A stretch of DNA of 64,000 nucleotides from the NCBI RefSeq assembly GCF_014287615.1, contig NZ_JACOOU010000010.1:17901-81900 (forward strand), given 5' to 3'. Source of the DNA: Blautia celeris. Its GTDB lineage: Bacteria > Bacillota > Clostridia > Lachnospirales > Lachnospiraceae. The position numbers and the translations under genes were made by a program. The notes under the pieces are model-generated. The model was not told where the DNA came from, made no database searches, and worked only from the letters and a program-made list of their open reading frames with translations. This document shows positions 30,862-39,348 of this stretch, piece by piece; positions within the stretch are counted from its first letter, which is position 1, and the number at the start of each line of letters is the position of its first letter.

Positions 30862-30898
30862 AACGTTCTCCTTTTATTCTCTCATTTTATTTCAATTT

Positions 30899-31255
30899 TT
30901 ATTTCATTTGTTCCAGAGCTTCCTCCGGTGTGATTTCTCCCCGCTCCAGGGCGTCCAGGATTTCCTTCTTTTTGTTGTCAGGCGCCGGCGCCGGTTTGTA
31001 GCCCAGTTTCTCTATGACCTCATCCAGACGGGAACGGACGGTGGGGTAAGAGATTTTCAGTTCTTTTTCCACTTCTTTGATGTTGCCGCGGCAGCGGATG
31101 AAGGTCTCAATGAAGAAAAGTTCCTGCTCGGACAGGTAATCAAATTTGTTCAGGCGGAAATCATTTTCGATGACCGTATCACATTTGTCACATTTTAATT
31201 TGATCACCTTGAGCCGGCCGCCGCAGACAGGACATTGGCTGATTACTTTATACAT
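30899..31255 (-). CDS. DUF2089-like protein (N-terminal zinc ribbon, C-terminal HTH)
   Basis: CPVCGG...CDKCD zinc ribbon followed by an HTH (IKEVEKELKISYPTVRSRLDEVIEKLG). Confidence 0.68.
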   Translation of the reverse strand: MYKVISQCPVCGGRLKVIKLKCDKCDTVIENDFRLNKFDYLSEQELFFIETFIRCRGNIKEVEKELKISYPTVRSRLDEVIEKLGYKPAPAPDNKKKEILDALERGEITPEEALEQMK

Positions 31256-31435
31256 TTGTTTTCCTCCTTATGTTTTATATCATAAACCTCTTTTTCGTAT
31301 ATGTCAATATAAATATTGATATTTTCAATTATATACTTAATTATTTTAATATCTATATTCAATATATTAATTTCTTCAAACTGATTCTTTCATAATATCA
31401 ACTTACACTCCTCTTTTTGCATTCTGTCTTATACA

Positions 31436-31478
31436 AAAAACGGAGCCGGTACTTTAATGTACCAGCTCCGCCAGTTGT
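31436..31478 (-). terminator. rho-independent terminator overlapping the SPFH gene stop
   Basis: GGAGCTGGTAC ... GTACCGGCTCC hairpin followed by UUUUUUG on the minus strand. Confidence 0.6.
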
Positions 31479-32548
31479 TCCAGAACGCTCCGCCCGCCGC
31501 CCAGGGTGATATTTCCCACCTTGTCGCATATTTTCTCCAGATACTCCATCTCCTTTAACTTATACAGTGTCGTATTCTCCTCCATCAGCCGTGCTGTGTT
31601 CAAAAGGCTTCTGGTGGATGCCACTTCCTCTCTTCTCATGATGACATTGGCCTGGGCCTTCTTCTCCGCCACCAGAACCGTATTCATAATGTCGCGTATC
31701 TCACCGGGAAGAATGATATCCTTGATTCCCGCACTCAGCACTTCCACGCAATACTGCTCCTGCGCCTCCTGAAGCTTTCTGAAGATAAACTCCCCGATTT
31801 CTTCCTTCTGAGCCAGCAGTTCATCGAGCCGGAAATGTCCTATGTAATCTCTTATGGTAAGCTGGGCAAATGTATACAGAAGCTTTCCCACCTCATCCAT
31901 CCGATTCACCAGCCGTTCCGGGTCTGTGATCTGGTAATTGACTGTCACATTCAGGCGCACGGACACCTTGTCTGCCGTGAGGATTTCCTGACCGCTGATT
32001 TCCAACTGCTGAATCTTGAGATCGTATACCCTGCAGGTCACTTCTTTTCCGTAATTCCAGAAAAAGTATGTGCCCTGTTCCAGCTTCCTTTCAAACCGGT
32101 TGTCAAAGTAGAGAAGTCCGGCCTCCCCATCTCTTATCACTATCTTCCTGTAATATTTTACCGGAAGCAGGTCTATGTACATTCTCGGCAGGCTTTCCTG
32201 CATGTAGGGATTGGTGATATCAAAGATCCGAAAAGTGTTCTCCTGGAAAACATTCCAGTAGTAAGTTTCCGGTCTCACCACCACATCCTGATATGCCTGG
32301 TTCACAAAGTGAAGGGCTATGCTGGTGTCCGGAAGCTGTATTTTCACCACGCGGCTTGAAAATGCTTCATGCTGCATCAAGACCTCACAGGGAATGCCGC
32401 AGCAATCTACTTCCCCTGTCATGTCCACAGTCAGTACCTCATATCCCAAAGCCCTCGGATAGCGGTATTTTCCCGCTGTGAGCAGTTTTATAAACTTTCC
32501 GTTTTTCATCAGATATCCGCATTGCTGTTCTTTGATCAAATATTTCAT
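31454..32548 (-). CDS. SPFH/band-7 (stomatin-prohibitin-flotillin) domain protein with an uncharacterised, non-membrane N-terminal domain of about 135 aa
   Basis: Residues from about 135 to 340 show the SPFH pattern (VIRDGEAGLLYFDNRFERKLEQGTYFFW...TADKVSVRLNVTVNYQITDPER...). The N-terminal domain has no TM segment. Confidence 0.78.
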   Translation of the reverse strand: MKYLIKEQQCGYLMKNGKFIKLLTAGKYRYPRALGYEVLTVDMTGEVDCCGIPCEVLMQHEAFSSRVVKIQLPDTSIALHFVNQAYQDVVVRPETYYWNVFQENTFRIFDITNPYMQESLPRMYIDLLPVKYYRKIVIRDGEAGLLYFDNRFERKLEQGTYFFWNYGKEVTCRVYDLKIQQLEISGQEILTADKVSVRLNVTVNYQITDPERLVNRMDEVGKLLYTFAQLTIRDYIGHFRLDELLAQKEEIGEFIFRKLQEAQEQYCVEVLSAGIKDIILPGEIRDIMNTVLVAEKKAQANVIMRREEVASTRSLLNTARLMEENTTLYKLKEMEYLEKICDKVGNITLGGGRSVLEQLAELVH

Positions 32549-32814
32549 CTCTTCTGCCTCTTTTCTTTTTTGGATTCCGAAAAGAAAATGTCCCGCTTCA
32601 TCCTATGGCAGCGGACTCTTCCTTCAGTTTTTCTTCCCGTACAGGCAGGCCGCACAAGACCCCTGCGTCTGGCTGCAGGTTCCGAAAAACGGTATCCGGA
32701 AAAGTTCAGGCCGCTTTTGGACTGCCGCGGACGGCCAAAGCCGGGACTTTTTCTTTTCTCATTTCATGGTTTTTTCGTGTGATTGCTATACCAGCTTAGC
32801 TACATGTATCATCA

Positions 32815-32836
32815 TGGCGGGAGTCGAACCCGCGGC
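32815..32836 (-). other. tRNA 3'-end-like fragment (T-arm GCGGG-TTCGACT-CCCGC followed by CA). Not a complete tRNA.
   Basis: The minus strand reads CGCGGGTTCGACTCCCGCCA, a canonical T-stem/T-loop. No acceptor stem, D-arm or anticodon arm can be built from the flanking sequence. Confidence 0.35.
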
Positions 32837-33062
32837 AAATCCGTTCTTCCCGGTATCCGGCATACCTCTTCCGCTACGGCGGCGGCACCGCAAAGGCTCC
32901 TTTTTTCGGAAAACCTTGTGCTGATGGAAAGCAGGAAGTTTTTGTATCTCTGATACACCGTTATCATACCGGGAATTTCTGGAAGAATCATTTAAAAAAA
33001 GATGCGAAGTTGATTTTGCAGACTGCAGATAGTAGAATAGAGAGATACACAGGAGGTGTGCC

Positions 33063-34322
33063 ATGTCGGAATATCAGGAGCTTATAAAGAATTTTGAGAG
33101 AATCCGGGACTATATGCGGCAGTTTTTCGTGTATGGTTTTAAGGTCCGCGGGGATTATAAAGGAAAAAGCGCCCGCACGTATGACAACGAGAGAAGGCGC
33201 ATAGAAAGTTTTCTGACCGGTTACACCAGATCGGAATATACCGCCAAGGGCAAGAAAATATATATCAATGTGGACAGCAAAACCATACCGGAAAATCCCC
33301 TGTACGCTGCCTGGAAGTCCAAAAGCTTTACAGACAATGATATTATGCTGCACTTTTTCCTGCCTGCTCTTATAAAGGACAGCCCAAATGGACTTACCAG
33401 CAGTGAAGCCGCGGAACAGATTTCCCTTGTCTTTCAGGTTGTCTTTGACAGCCAGACCGTCCGTCTGAAGCTGAAAGAATATGAAAGACTGGGTATCTTC
33501 ACATCCCGGAAGGAAGGCAGGGAGCTGCGCTATTTTATCGCCCCGCCGCTGCCCATGGAGTCCCCTTCCCACAAAGGACTTTGGAATCATATGATCCGGG
33601 CCGCTGCTTTTTACCAGGGCGTATCCCCTTTCGGCATTGTGGGAAGTACTCTGCTTGACAGGGAAGAAAAACGAAACTGCTTTTTCCAGTATAAGCACCA
33701 GTTTCTCGTACATACGCTGGAGGATGAAGTCCTTCTGGACCTGCTCCTTGCCATGCATGAAAAAAGAGCTGTGTCCTTTCAAAACAACAGCCACCGAAAT
33801 GGATCCTCCGTCACTTTTTGGGGCATTCCCCTGAAAATATTTGTAAGTACACGCACCGGACGACGTTACCTGTGCCTGTATCTCACAGCAAGGCACCGTT
33901 TTCAAAATGTCCGCCTTGACAGCCTGACAGATATAAAGCTTCTGGAGCCTTTTCCGCAATATAGGGACCTGCAGAAAAAACTGGAGAAAAACATGCCCCG
34001 CTGTTTCGGCGTCTCTTTCGGAGGCCGCAGCCGCATGGAGGAGCTCCATATGGAATTGTATATCCATGAGCCAAAAGAGTCTTATGTGCTGGACCGGCTG
34101 TCCAGGGAAGGGCGGGGCGGCCAGATTAAGAAAATCGGAAGAAACAAATATCTGTACAGCGGATATTTTTATGATACCAATGAGATGCTGTCATGGGTAA
34201 AGACCTTTACCGGCAGGGTGCTGGACATCCGGGGCAGCGCCCCCGCCTCCGTCCGCAAAGTCACCGATGACTGGGCGCGCATGTATGAAATGTATTGCGC
34301 TCCCAAAGAAAGCGAAGTATGA
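33063..34322 (+). CDS. WYL-domain transcriptional regulator (wHTH-WYL-WCX type)
   Basis: 419 aa. WYL-like core GRRYLCLYLTARHRFQNVRLDSLTDIKLLEPF, with a putative wHTH near residues 110-160. Confidence 0.62.
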   Translation: MSEYQELIKNFERIRDYMRQFFVYGFKVRGDYKGKSARTYDNERRRIESFLTGYTRSEYTAKGKKIYINVDSKTIPENPLYAAWKSKSFTDNDIMLHFFLPALIKDSPNGLTSSEAAEQISLVFQVVFDSQTVRLKLKEYERLGIFTSRKEGRELRYFIAPPLPMESPSHKGLWNHMIRAAAFYQGVSPFGIVGSTLLDREEKRNCFFQYKHQFLVHTLEDEVLLDLLLAMHEKRAVSFQNNSHRNGSSVTFWGIPLKIFVSTRTGRRYLCLYLTARHRFQNVRLDSLTDIKLLEPFPQYRDLQKKLEKNMPRCFGVSFGGRSRMEELHMELYIHEPKESYVLDRLSREGRGGQIKKIGRNKYLYSGYFYDTNEMLSWVKTFTGRVLDIRGSAPASVRKVTDDWARMYEMYCAPKESEV

Positions 34323-34334
34323 CAGGAGTTTATA

Positions 34335-35354
34335 ATGGGTGAAATACGTTTTGATATCTTTGATAAAGTTTACAGTTGTTATTACAGAGTTGTCCAAAAG
34401 ATTCTGGAGGAGGCCAAAAGCCATCCTATCACCAGAAAGGATATGGAGACGATCGCTGCTGCCTACGGATACGGGGAGAGCGCCCTCACCATTGTCCCGA
34501 AGCTGTTAAACAGAGAATGGGACCTGCTGCGCACCGAGGATGGAAAAACCTTTGCCCCGAAAACCGTTCCCGGCAGGCTTCCCCTTACCCTTTTGCAGCG
34601 CTCCTGGCTGAAAGCCCTTCTCGCTGACAGAAGAATATCCTGTTTTCTCACCCCGGAGGAGCAAAAAGAAGCAGCACATTCCCTGCGGGACGTGGAGCCG
34701 CTTTTTGGGCAGGCGGATTTCCACTATTTTGACCGCTGTCTGGACGGGGATACTTACAGCTCGAAAGCCTACCAAAAGCATTTCCGCACAGTTTTGGAAG
34801 CTTTGGAACAGGGTCTGGTCCTGCGGATCTCTTACTGCGGCAGACAGGGCGCGGTCTCCCGGTTTGAAGCTGCGCCCTATCAGCTTCAATACTCGGAAAA
34901 AGATGATAAATTCCGCCTCTGCTGTCTGAAAAAGACAGGGGGACGCTTTTCCCTCAATACAACATTAAACATGAACAAAATAGCCGGCTGCAGCCTCACA
35001 TCCGTTAAAGTACCCAAAAAGGCTTTGGCGCTGCGCTTTTCTCCCATACAAAAATCCAGAGAACCCGTTCTTCTGGAAATCAGCAAAGAACGAAATTCTC
35101 TGGAGCGCTGTATGCTTCATTTTGCCAACTATGAAAAGCACACGAAATATGATGAGGAGCGTGATGTCTATTACTGCAGCATTTATTATGACCTGGCCGA
35201 TGAGACGGAACTGCTCATAGATGTGCTGTCCTTCGGGCCTGTCATAAAGGTGCTTGGTCCCGCCTCTTTTCTCTCCCAGGTGAAGCAGAGAGTGAGGCGC
35301 CAGTATGAAATGCTGAACAGCCAAACACATACTTCCCGAAATCTGCCGGAATGA
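34335..35354 (+). CDS. WYL-domain transcriptional regulator, second of a tandem pair
   Basis: 339 aa. WYL core LVLRISYCGRQGAVSRFEAAPYQLQYSEKDDKFRLCCLKKTGGRFSLNTTLNMNKI, and a C-terminal WCX-like tail VIKVLGPASFLSQVKQRV. The gap to the upstream WYL gene is 12 nt. Confidence 0.68.
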   Translation: MGEIRFDIFDKVYSCYYRVVQKILEEAKSHPITRKDMETIAAAYGYGESALTIVPKLLNREWDLLRTEDGKTFAPKTVPGRLPLTLLQRSWLKALLADRRISCFLTPEEQKEAAHSLRDVEPLFGQADFHYFDRCLDGDTYSSKAYQKHFRTVLEALEQGLVLRISYCGRQGAVSRFEAAPYQLQYSEKDDKFRLCCLKKTGGRFSLNTTLNMNKIAGCSLTSVKVPKKALALRFSPIQKSREPVLLEISKERNSLERCMLHFANYEKHTKYDEERDVYYCSIYYDLADETELLIDVLSFGPVIKVLGPASFLSQVKQRVRRQYEMLNSQTHTSRNLPE

Positions 35355-35367
35355 ACGTGTCGGTGCT

Positions 35368-36255
35368 CTAGATTTCCTTCACCGGCAGCAGCTCAATATA
35401 CCCTCTGCGGCCCACAGGTTCCAACTGTATGCGCGGATTCTCCGTATCCCAGCAGCAGCCGATGACAGCGGGATCATATTTTTCGATCGCCTGCTGCACT
35501 TCTGTGATCGCCTGGCAGTAATTTTCCTCCGCAAAGGGTTCCCCGCGAAACATCAGGTATTTTGCCGCGGGAAGTTCAATACACGCAAAGCCCTCCGGCA
35601 CCGGTTCCTGATAGTCTGCCGCCACCTCCACGCCCTGCACATATTTGGATGTGCCCGGCGTGCGGAGGGAATCCGGAAGCCAGAGGCATACCGGCTCACC
35701 GCTAATGGATTTTATGCTGGAGAGAATCCCCCAGACATCGCATCCCACTTCACTGCAATACTGAAAATACTCCTCCGCGTCCACACCTCTCTTTATAATA
35801 ACTTTTCTGGACGGTCTCTCCGTCATCTGAACAAACACACTTTTTACGTTTTCCATTTCCTCTGGCTCCTTCCGCAGATTTCTGTATTTTACACCATAGG
35901 GGATGAACAGAAGCAGAGGCCCGGGGCTTGCCGCGTACTCTCTGGGATTGCAGCCGAATTCCCGGAAAAAAGCCCGCTGATAACCATCCACACTTCCAAA
36001 CCCCATGTCCAGCGCCACATCCAGGATCCTGCATTTCTCATCCCGCAGGCGCAGGGCGGATCTGGACAGACGCATGCGGCGGATGTAATCTGCCGGGGTG
36101 AGATTGGTGTGCTCCTTAAACAGCCGGTAGGAATACCACGGGGAGTAAAGAGATACTTCCGAAAGCTTTGCCAGCGTAATATTTTCACTCAAATGCTGTT
36201 CAATGTAATCCTGCATGCGCTGAACAGCAAGTATCTGCTCTGTCATTTCTGTCAC
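35368..36255 (-). CDS. AraC-family regulator with a C-terminal GyrI-like effector-binding domain
   Basis: N-terminal HTH_AraC (LAKLSEVSLYSPWYSYRLFKEHTNLTPADYIRRMRL) plus a C-terminal GyrI-like fold. Confidence 0.8.
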   Translation of the reverse strand: MTEMTEQILAVQRMQDYIEQHLSENITLAKLSEVSLYSPWYSYRLFKEHTNLTPADYIRRMRLSRSALRLRDEKCRILDVALDMGFGSVDGYQRAFFREFGCNPREYAASPGPLLLFIPYGVKYRNLRKEPEEMENVKSVFVQMTERPSRKVIIKRGVDAEEYFQYCSEVGCDVWGILSSIKSISGEPVCLWLPDSLRTPGTSKYVQGVEVAADYQEPVPEGFACIELPAAKYLMFRGEPFAEENYCQAITEVQQAIEKYDPAVIGCCWDTENPRIQLEPVGRRGYIELLPVKEI

Positions 36256-36313
36256 CTCCTGTCTACTGCCATCCTATCAGATTTTCCCCGGACTGTTCTC
36301 GACTATTTTTGCC

Positions 36314-36348
36314 AAATATAAAAGGGAATCCTGTGTGAGGATTCCCGC
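36314..36348 (-). terminator. possible rho-independent terminator after the cysK-metY-Rrf2 unit
   Basis: GGGAATCCT cacac AGGATTCCC hairpin followed by UUUUAUAUUU on the minus strand. Confidence 0.4.
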
Positions 36349-36435
36349 ATTTACATTGCCGCCTGCCTGCACTGCCGGCCGAATTGTCAGGACATCTGCA
36401 GGCAGCTGCGGGTCTTGGTTGTCTCATGGTATCTT

Positions 36436-36870
36436 TTAAATCACGTAATTCAGGGAACATTGTTTCTGCCATTCCACCAGATCCGCCAGGGTGTATTTGT
36501 CCACTACACTTTTGATGGCATTGTCAAGCTCCTGCCATAGGACCAGGGTGGGGCAGGCTTCTGCCCTGGGGCACTGGTTCGTATCTCCTTCCAGACACTC
36601 CACAGGGGCCAGGCTGCCTTCTGTCAGGCGGAGAATAGAACCCACGGTATATTCCTCCGGCTTTTTCACAAGACGGTAGCCGCCCTGGGGACCCCGGATG
36701 CTTTTCACATAGCCGGCTCTGGCCAGGATGGACACGATCTGCTCCAGATATTTTGTGGAGATTTCCTGCCTTGATGCTATTTCTTTTACCCTCACCGGGC
36801 CGCCCTCATCGTGTATGGCTATGTCCAGCATCATACGCAGTGCGTAACGTCCTTTTGTTGATATTTTCAT
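36436..36870 (-). CDS. Rrf2-family transcriptional regulator (CymR/IscR-like)
   Basis: MKISTKGRYALRMMLDIA...VRVKEIASRQEISTKYLEQIVSIL is the Rrf2 HTH. Confidence 0.9.
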   Translation of the reverse strand: MKISTKGRYALRMMLDIAIHDEGGPVRVKEIASRQEISTKYLEQIVSILARAGYVKSIRGPQGGYRLVKKPEEYTVGSILRLTEGSLAPVECLEGDTNQCPRAEACPTLVLWQELDNAIKSVVDKYTLADLVEWQKQCSLNYVI

Positions 36871-36935
36871 GGTTACCTCCAGATTTTTCTTACTGTCCGA
36901 AGGCAGATACTGTCCCCTGTGCCCTCCCGGATCCG

Positions 36936-38252
36936 TCAGGAAACAGCGTTAAACGCCTCTTCCAGATCCTGAAGGATGTCATCAATATTCTCCGTCCCTA
37001 TGGACAGGCGGACCGTGTTGGGGCGGATTCCCTGCTCTGCAAGTTCTGTTTCGGTGAGCTGGGCATGGGTGGTGGAAGCCGGATGGATGACAAGTGACTT
37101 CACATCAGCCACATTTGCAAGCAGAGAGAAAAGTTCCAGATTGTCGATAAACGCTTTGGTTTTTCCGGCATCTCCCTTCACCTCAAATGTGAATATAGAA
37201 CCACCCCCGTTGGGGAAATACTTTTTATACAGCCTCTGCTGTTCGGGATCCGTGCTGACAGATGGGTGATGAACCTCCTCCACCAGCGGATGCTTCTGCA
37301 AATATTCTACCACTTTCAGCGCATTCTGTACATGGCGTTCTACCCGCAGGGACAGGGTTTCCAATCCCTGAAGGAATAAAAAGGCATGGAAGGGTGACAG
37401 GGTGGCTCCTGTATCCCGCAATAGAATGGCTCTGATCTTCGTGACAAAGGCTGCCGGACCCACCGCTTTCGTAAAGCTGACCCCGTGATAGCTGGGGTTG
37501 GGCTCCACAAGAGAGGGAAATTTCCCGGATGCCTCCCAGTCAAATCTGCCGCTGTCCACGATCACGCCGCCGAGAGCCGTGCCGTGGCCGCCGATGAATT
37601 TTGTAGCGGAATGCACCACGATATCGGCGCCGAACGCGATGGGCTGCACCAGGAAAGGTGTGGCAAATGTGTTGTCTACGACCAGAGGGATTTTATGGGC
37701 GTGGGCAATCTTCGCTATGGCTTCCACATCCACCACCTCAGAGCGTGGATTTCCGAGAGTCTCAATAAAAACAGCCTTTGTATTCTCCCGGATTGCGCCC
37801 TCCACTTCTTCCTTATTAAATATATCCACAAATGTAGTTTCAATTCCATAGTCCGGCAGTGTATGCTCCAGCAGATTATAGGAGCCGCCGTAAATGTTTT
37901 TTGCGGAGACTATGTGGTCGCCCTGTTTTGCCAGGTTCTGGAATGTATAGGCGATGGCGGCTGCACCCGAGGCAACGGCAAGTGCCGCAGCACCGCCCTC
38001 CAGCGCCGCGATCCTCTGTTCAAAGATATCCTGGGTGGGATTGGTCAGCCTGCCGTAAATATTGCCTGCATTTGACAGATCAAAACGTGCCGCCGCATGT
38101 GCGCAGTCATCAAATACATAGGAGGAGGAAGCGTAGATGGGTACTGCCCTTGCACCTGTCGCCGGGTCCGGAGCCTCCTGGCCCACATGCAGCTGTAACG
38201 TCTCGAATTTAAAGTTCCTGTCTTTTCTCTCTGTTTTCTTCATACTTGTCAC
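36936..38252 (-). CDS. metY: O-acetylhomoserine aminocarboxypropyltransferase / sulfhydrylase
   Basis: 438-aa PLP-dependent Cys/Met-metabolism enzyme with FETLQLHVGQ, a PLP lysine region and MetY-type length. Confidence 0.88.
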   Translation of the reverse strand: MTSMKKTERKDRNFKFETLQLHVGQEAPDPATGARAVPIYASSSYVFDDCAHAAARFDLSNAGNIYGRLTNPTQDIFEQRIAALEGGAAALAVASGAAAIAYTFQNLAKQGDHIVSAKNIYGGSYNLLEHTLPDYGIETTFVDIFNKEEVEGAIRENTKAVFIETLGNPRSEVVDVEAIAKIAHAHKIPLVVDNTFATPFLVQPIAFGADIVVHSATKFIGGHGTALGGVIVDSGRFDWEASGKFPSLVEPNPSYHGVSFTKAVGPAAFVTKIRAILLRDTGATLSPFHAFLFLQGLETLSLRVERHVQNALKVVEYLQKHPLVEEVHHPSVSTDPEQQRLYKKYFPNGGGSIFTFEVKGDAGKTKAFIDNLELFSLLANVADVKSLVIHPASTTHAQLTETELAEQGIRPNTVRLSIGTENIDDILQDLEEAFNAVS

Positions 38253-38271
38253 CCTCGCCTTTTCTGATATT

Positions 38272-39213
38272 TTAGTTCTGGAATAATTGTGTGGAATAAT
38301 ACCTGTCTCCGCTGTCCGGCAGAAGCACTACAATGGTTTTTCCCGCGTACTCTTTTCTTTTAGCCAGTTCCATGGCTGCGTACATGGCTGCACCGGAGGA
38401 GATTCCCACCAGTATGCCCTCTTTTTTCGCGATCTTTTTTGCAGTCTCAATGGCTGCGTCATTTTCCACCTGCATGATCTCATCATATATGTCTGTGTTC
38501 AGCACAGCCGGAATGAAGCCTGCGCCTATGCCCTGAATCTTATGCGGGCCCGGTCTGCCTCCTGAGAGAACCGCGGAATCTGTGGGTTCAACCGCCACAA
38601 TCTTCACATTGGGATTTTGGAATTTTAAATACTCTCCCGTTCCCGTGATAGTTCCGCCTGTACCTACCCCTGCCACAAAGACATCCACTCTACCCTCTGT
38701 ATCCTTCCAGATTTCCGGGCCTGTTGTCTTTCTGTGCATTTCCGGATTGGCGGTATTTTCAAACTGCCCCGGAATGAAGCTGCCCGGAATTTCCCGGCTG
38801 AGCGCCTCCGCTTTGGCAATGGCTCCGTTCATCCCCTTGCTGCCCTCTGTCAGTACCAGCTCTGCACCGTATGCTTTCAGAATATTTCTGCGCTCCACGC
38901 TCATGGTCTCGGGCATTGTGAGTATGAGGCGGTAACCTCTGGCTGCTGCCATAGAGGCAAGACCTATGCCTGTATTGCCGGAGGTAGGTTCTATGAGAAC
39001 CGTGTCCGGGCCTATAAGCCCTGCCGCTTCCGCGGTATCCAGCATGTTTTTGGCAATTCTGTCCTTTACACTGCCGGCGGGATTCAGATACTCCAGCTTT
39101 GCGAGAACTACTGCCTGCAGCCCCTCCTCCCTTTCCATGTTCCGCATCTCCATGAGGGGAGTGCTGCCTACCAGTTCTGATGCACTTCTATAAATATGAT
39201 TTCTGCTCATCAT
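38272..39213 (-). CDS. cysK: cysteine synthase A (O-acetylserine sulfhydrylase)
   Basis: PLP lysine motif [11 protein letters not shown] and the glycine-rich loop [10 protein letters not shown]. Confidence 0.93.
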   Translation of the reverse strand: MMSRNHIYRSASELVGSTPLMEMRNMEREEGLQAVVLAKLEYLNPAGSVKDRIAKNMLDTAEAAGLIGPDTVLIEPTSGNTGIGLASMAAARGYRLILTMPETMSVERRNILKAYGAELVLTEGSKGMNGAIAKAEALSREIPGSFIPGQFENTANPEMHRKTTGPEIWKDTEGRVDVFVAGVGTGGTITGTGEYLKFQNPNVKIVAVEPTDSAVLSGGRPGPHKIQGIGAGFIPAVLNTDIYDEIMQVENDAAIETAKKIAKKEGILVGISSGAAMYAAMELAKRKEYAGKTIVVLLPDSGDRYYSTQLFQN

Positions 39214-39232
39214 TTTCTCCTTTCATATATTT

Positions 39233-39255
39233 CCTATCGAATTAATAGGAATTAT
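39233..39255. promoter_or_regulatory. CymR-like operator core (ATAGGAATTA) overlapping a TATAAT -10 box upstream of cysK
   Basis: CCTATCGAATTAATAGGAATTAT lies 20-40 nt upstream of the cysK start. ATAGGAATTA matches the ATMGGAATTW half of the B. subtilis CymR box. A minus-strand TATAAT sits at 39251-39256. Confidence 0.3.
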
Positions 39256-39279
39256 AACTGTGTTTGATTCTAATGTCAA

Positions 39280-39330
39280 GAAAAAAATCCCATATTGCCC
39301 GATTTTTTTCGGATGCAATATGGGATTTTG
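39280..39330 (-). terminator. rho-independent terminator after the beta-helix lipoprotein gene
   Basis: AAATCCCATATTGC ... GCAATATGGGATTT with an inner CCGA/TCGG, followed by a U-run on the minus strand. Confidence 0.7.
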
Positions 39331-39348
39331 CTGTATGTGCTGTCAGCC

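Noticed and set aside
32815-32890. Complete tRNA gene on the minus strand
   Set aside because: Only the T-arm and a CA end are canonical. No acceptor stem, D-arm or anticodon arm can be paired, and the 5' side does not complement the 3' side.
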